Source of the DNA: the human T2T-CHM13v2.0 reference genome, Homo sapiens
Length of the DNA stretch: 64,000 bases
Assembly: GCF_009914755.1 (NCBI RefSeq)
Contig: NC_060925.1
Strand: one strand, 5' to 3'
A program made the position numbers and the translations under genes. Below the pieces are notes generated by a model, which worked only from the letters and a program-made list of their open reading frames with translations, searched no databases and was not told the origin of the DNA. Shown piece by piece: positions 59,835-64,000 of the stretch. Each line of letters opens with the position of its first letter. Position 1 is the first letter of the stretch.

Positions 59835-62800
59835 TGAGTTCCTAAATACATGAAGCAAACATTGACAGAATAGAAGAGAGAAATAGATAGCAACACAATA
59901 ACAGTAGAAGATTTCAATACTTCCACTTTCAATAACAGATTGAACAACCAGACAGAAAACCAGTAGGGAACCGGGGGACTTGAAAAACATTATAAACCAA
60001 TTGGACCAACAGACATAGACAGAATACTCAACCCAACAACAACACAATAAATATGAAACATTCTCCAGGATACGCCACATGTTAGAGCACAAAACAAATC
60101 TTAATAGATTTAGGAAGATTGAAATCATACAAAATATCTTTTCCAGCCACAATAGAATAAAACTAGAAATCAGTACTAGAAGAAAAACTAGAATAGCCAC
60201 AAATATGTGGAAATTAAACAACACATTTTTAAACAACCATGGGTCAAAGAATAACTAACAAGAAAAATTAGTTAATATCTCCAGATGAATAAAAATGAAA
60301 ACACAGCATACCAAAACTTATGGGAAGCAACAAAAACAGAACTAATGGAGAAGTTTATAGCTGTAAATGCTTACATTAAAAGAAGAAAGATCTCAAATCA
60401 ACAACCCAACTTTACACCTCAAGGAAAAAAATAAGAACAAACAAAACCCAAAGTTAGGGAAGGAAGGAAAGAATAAAGATTAGAGCAGAAATAAATGAAA
60501 TAGAGAATAGAAAAACAATAGAAAAAATCAATGCAACTAAGAGTTCGTTTTTTGAAAAGATAAACAAATTTGCAAGTTCTTAGCTGGATTAACTAAGAAA
60601 AAATATAAAAAATCAAATAACTAACGTTAGAAATGAGAGGCCATTGCAACTAATGCAACAGGAATTCAAAGGATTATAAGAGAATACTATGACAATTATA
60701 TGTCAATAAATTGGATAACCTAAAAGAAATGGATAATCCCTAGAAACATGCAACATATGAAAACTAAGTCATGAAGAAATAAAAAACCTAACAGACCTAT
60801 AACCTATACTAAAGAGACTGAATCAGTAATCAACAACCCCTCAACAAAAAGAAGTCCAGGACCAGGACCAGACCAGGCTTCACAGGAGAATTCTACCAAA
60901 TATTTAAAGAAGAATTAACACCAACCCTCCTCAATCTCTTCCAAAATACTGAAGAGGAGGGAATATTTCCTAACTAATTCTATAAGGCCAGTATTACCCT
61001 GATACCAAAGTCAGAAAAATACACTATAAGAAAAGAAAACTACAAACCAATATTTCTGATGTATATTGATGAAAAAATCCTCAACAAAATACTTGCATAT
61101 CAAATTCAATAGCACATTAAAAGGATTATACACCATGACTAAGTGGAGATTATTCCTGGAATGCAAGGATGTTTCAACATCCAAAAATCAATCAAAGTAG
61201 TGCACCACATAAAGAGACAAAAACCACATAATCATCTCAATCACAGCATAAAAAGCATTTAACAAAAATTTAACAACTTTTCATGTTAAAAACACTCAAC
61301 AAACTAGGAATAGAAGGAAACTATCTCAACATAATAAAGTCTGTATATGAAAAGCACGCAGATAACACATATTCAATAGTGAAATGCTGAACATTTTCCT
61401 CTAAGATCAGGAACAAGGCAAGGATGCCCACTCTCACCACTTCTAACAACTTCGTCCTGGAAGTCTTAGCCAAAGTAATTAGATAAGAAAAAGAATTAAA
61501 ATACATCCAAATTAGAAAGGAAGAAGTAAAATTAACTCCAATCAAGATGATATGATTTCATGTGTAGAAAACTCTAAAGGGCTCACACACACACACACAC
61601 AGTTAGAACTAATAAATGAATTCAGCAAAGTTGCTGGATACAAACTCAACATGCAAAAAGCAGTTGCATATCTATACAACAACAACGATCAATCTGAAAA
61701 GAAAATTAAGACAATAATCCCATTTACAAGAACATTGAAAAGGATAAAACACTTAGGAATAAACTTAACAAAGAAGGCAAAAGACTTGCACACTGAACAC
61801 TACAAAACATTGTTGTAAGAAATTAAAAACACAAATAAATTTAAAGATATCCCATGTTAATGGATTGAAAAAGTTAACAGTGTTTAATTTTTCATACTAC
61901 CCAATGCAACCTACAGATTTAAGGCATTGAGATCTATCAAAATTTCAATGGCATTTTTTTTGCAGAAATTGAAAAAAATTCTTAAGATTAATATGGAAAC
62001 CCAAGAAATCCTGAATAGCCAAAACCATCTTGAAAAGTTGGAGGCCTTATGTTTCCTAATTTTAGAAAATATTACAAAGTTACAATAATCAAAAGAGTGT
62101 ACTACTGGCATAAACACAGACAAATAGACCAATGGAACAGAATAGAAAACACAGAAATAAACCCTTACATATATAATCAAATGATCTTCAATAAGATTCC
62201 AAGTCCACTCAATAAGAAAAGAACAATCTTTTCAAAAAATGGTGCTGGGAAAGCTGTATAACATCATGCAAAAGAATAAAGTTGGACCTTTACCATATAC
62301 CACATGCAAAAATTAACTCTAAATGGATTAAAGAGCTAAACATAAGACCTAAAAACTATAACGTTCCTAGAAGAAAACGGGGGGAAACCTCATGGCATTG
62401 GTTTTGGCAATGACTTATTGGATATGACACAAAAAGCACAAACAACAGAAGCAAAAATAGATGAATAGGACTATATCAAAGTTTAAAACTTCTGTACACC
62501 AAAGAAAATGATCAATAGAGTAAAAAGGCAACCTATAGAATGGGAGAAACCATTTGCAAATCATATATCTGATAAAAGGTTAAGATCCAGAATATTTTTT
62601 AAAACTCTCTAACAGTAAAAAAAAAAAAATTTTAAACAATTAGAAAATGGTCAAAGGACTTGAATAGACATTTCTGCAAGGAAGATATACAAATGGCCAA
62701 CAGCATATGAAACGATGTTCAGTGTCACTAATCATTAGCAAAGAAAAATCAAAACCACAATGAGATAATACCTCACACTCATTAGGATGGCCACTATTAA

Positions 62801-63700
62801 GAAGAAAGGAAGAGAAGGGAAGGAAGAAAAGAAAGAAGGAAGGAAGAAAAGAAGGAAGCAAGAAAAGACAGAAAGAAGGAAGGAAGAAAAGGAAGGAAAG
62901 GAAAGAAGGGAGGGAGGGAGGGAGGGAGGGAGGGAGGAAGGAAGGAAGGAGGCAAGGAAGGAAGGGAAGGAGGGAGGGAGAGAAGGAAGGAAGGAAGGGA
63001 AGGGAGGAAAAGGGGGGGAGGGAAGAAAGAAAGGCTGGCAAGGAGATGGAAAAAATGAATCCCTTATACACGGTTGGTAGGAATGTAAAATGATGCAACC
63101 TCTATAAAAAACAGTACGGCATTTTCTCAAAAAAATTAAAAATAGAGTTACCATAGGATCCAGCAGTCCCACTTCTGGAGCTATATCTAGAGGAATTGAA
63201 AGGAAACTCTCCAAGAGATATTTGTGCACCCATGTTCATTGCAGCACTACTCACAATAGCCAAAAGGTGCAAAGCAAACAACCCAAATGTCCATTGATGG
63301 ATAAATGGATAAAGAAAATGTGGTAGAGACATACAATGGAATACTATCCAGTCTTTACAAATAAGTAAATCTTATCAAAAGCTGCAACATGGACAAACTT
63401 TGAGGACATTATGCTAAGTAAATAAGCAAGTCACAAGAAGTCAAATACCGTATGAGTCCACTTACATGAGGTATTGAAAGTAGGTGAATTCATAGAAACA
63501 GAAAAAGTAGAATGGTAGTTCCCAGAGACTAGAGAATGACTGTTTAATGGGAGTTTCCATCTAGGAAGATGAAAAAGTTCTGGAAATGGATAGTGATAAT
63601 GGTTGCACAACAATATGCATGTATTTAATGTCACTGATCTATACACTTAAAAATGGTTACATGGGTGAATTTTATGTTGAGTATATTTTACCACAATCAA
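59835..63700 (+). mobile_element. L1MB-type element, ORF2 through 3' end
   Basis: Decayed ORF2 (ELINEFSKVAGYK, IDQWNRIE) and L1MB 3' end gatgaaaaagttctggaaatggatagtgataatggttgcacaac...ttttaccacaat. Confidence 0.9.
62799..63034. repeat. Polypurine (GGAA)n/(GGGA)n tract of about 235 bp
   Basis: Almost pure A/G with a (GGGA)7 core. Confidence 0.95.
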
Positions 63701-63709
63701 AATTTCAAT

Positions 63710-63965
63710 ACAAACCACTTTAATCAATGTAATACACCATATTGACAGACTACAGAAATATAGCAATATCATCTCAATAAATGCAGGAAAAAAAGCATTT
63801 GACAAAATCCAACATCTGCTCACCATGAAAACTCTGCAAACTTGGGAATATAAGGAAAATTTCTGAACCTGATGAATGGCATCTGCAAAAGACACAACTA
63901 ACATCACACTTACAGATAACAGACTGTTTTCCCCTAAGAGCAGGAGCAAAACATGTTCCTCTCCA
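63710..63965 (+). mobile_element. Old L1M ORF2 (RT) fragment
   Basis: atcatctcaataaatgcagg...aaagcatttgacaaaatccaacatc ([13 protein letters not shown] motif). Confidence 0.8.
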
Positions 63966-64000
63966 CATCAGGCTGCTCCTGACATCCTCACCTCCACCCA

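Noticed and set aside
62640-63229. Pro/Ser/Phe-rich and Lys/Glu/Gly-rich ORFs
   Set aside because: Translations of the polypurine microsatellite

Overview
Human genomic DNA. Species call rests on an L1HS-Ta1 element with human-specific diagnostic bases plus Alu, THE1 and L1PA elements. The window looks intergenic or intronic and is dominated by interspersed repeats (MIR, L2, L1, Alu, ERVL/MaLR/ERV1 LTRs, a MER65-type provirus remnant, a Tigger-derived MER44). No conventional multi-exon protein-coding gene was recognised, and almost all ORF-track entries are repeat-derived or chance ORFs. The standout is an old intronless CD24 retrocopy on the minus strand (about 44160-45660). Its 3'UTR is heavily diverged and interrupted by an AluJ, yet it keeps an uninterrupted 60-codon ORF (signal peptide, very short Thr-rich mature peptide, GPI-signal-like tail) and a TATA box with GC-rich upstream sequence. 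Other notable structures: a young, probably polymorphic L1HS-Ta1 insertion; three retroelements inserted in series at one target motif; a twin-primed L1 with a 182-bp internal duplication; an L1 whose 5'UTR is fused to the end of ORF1; a local unique-sequence duplication pasted into a MIR; and a palindromic AT-rich repeat. Repeat subfamily names and CD24 comparisons come from recalled consensus sequences, not database searches, and boundaries of old repeats are approximate.
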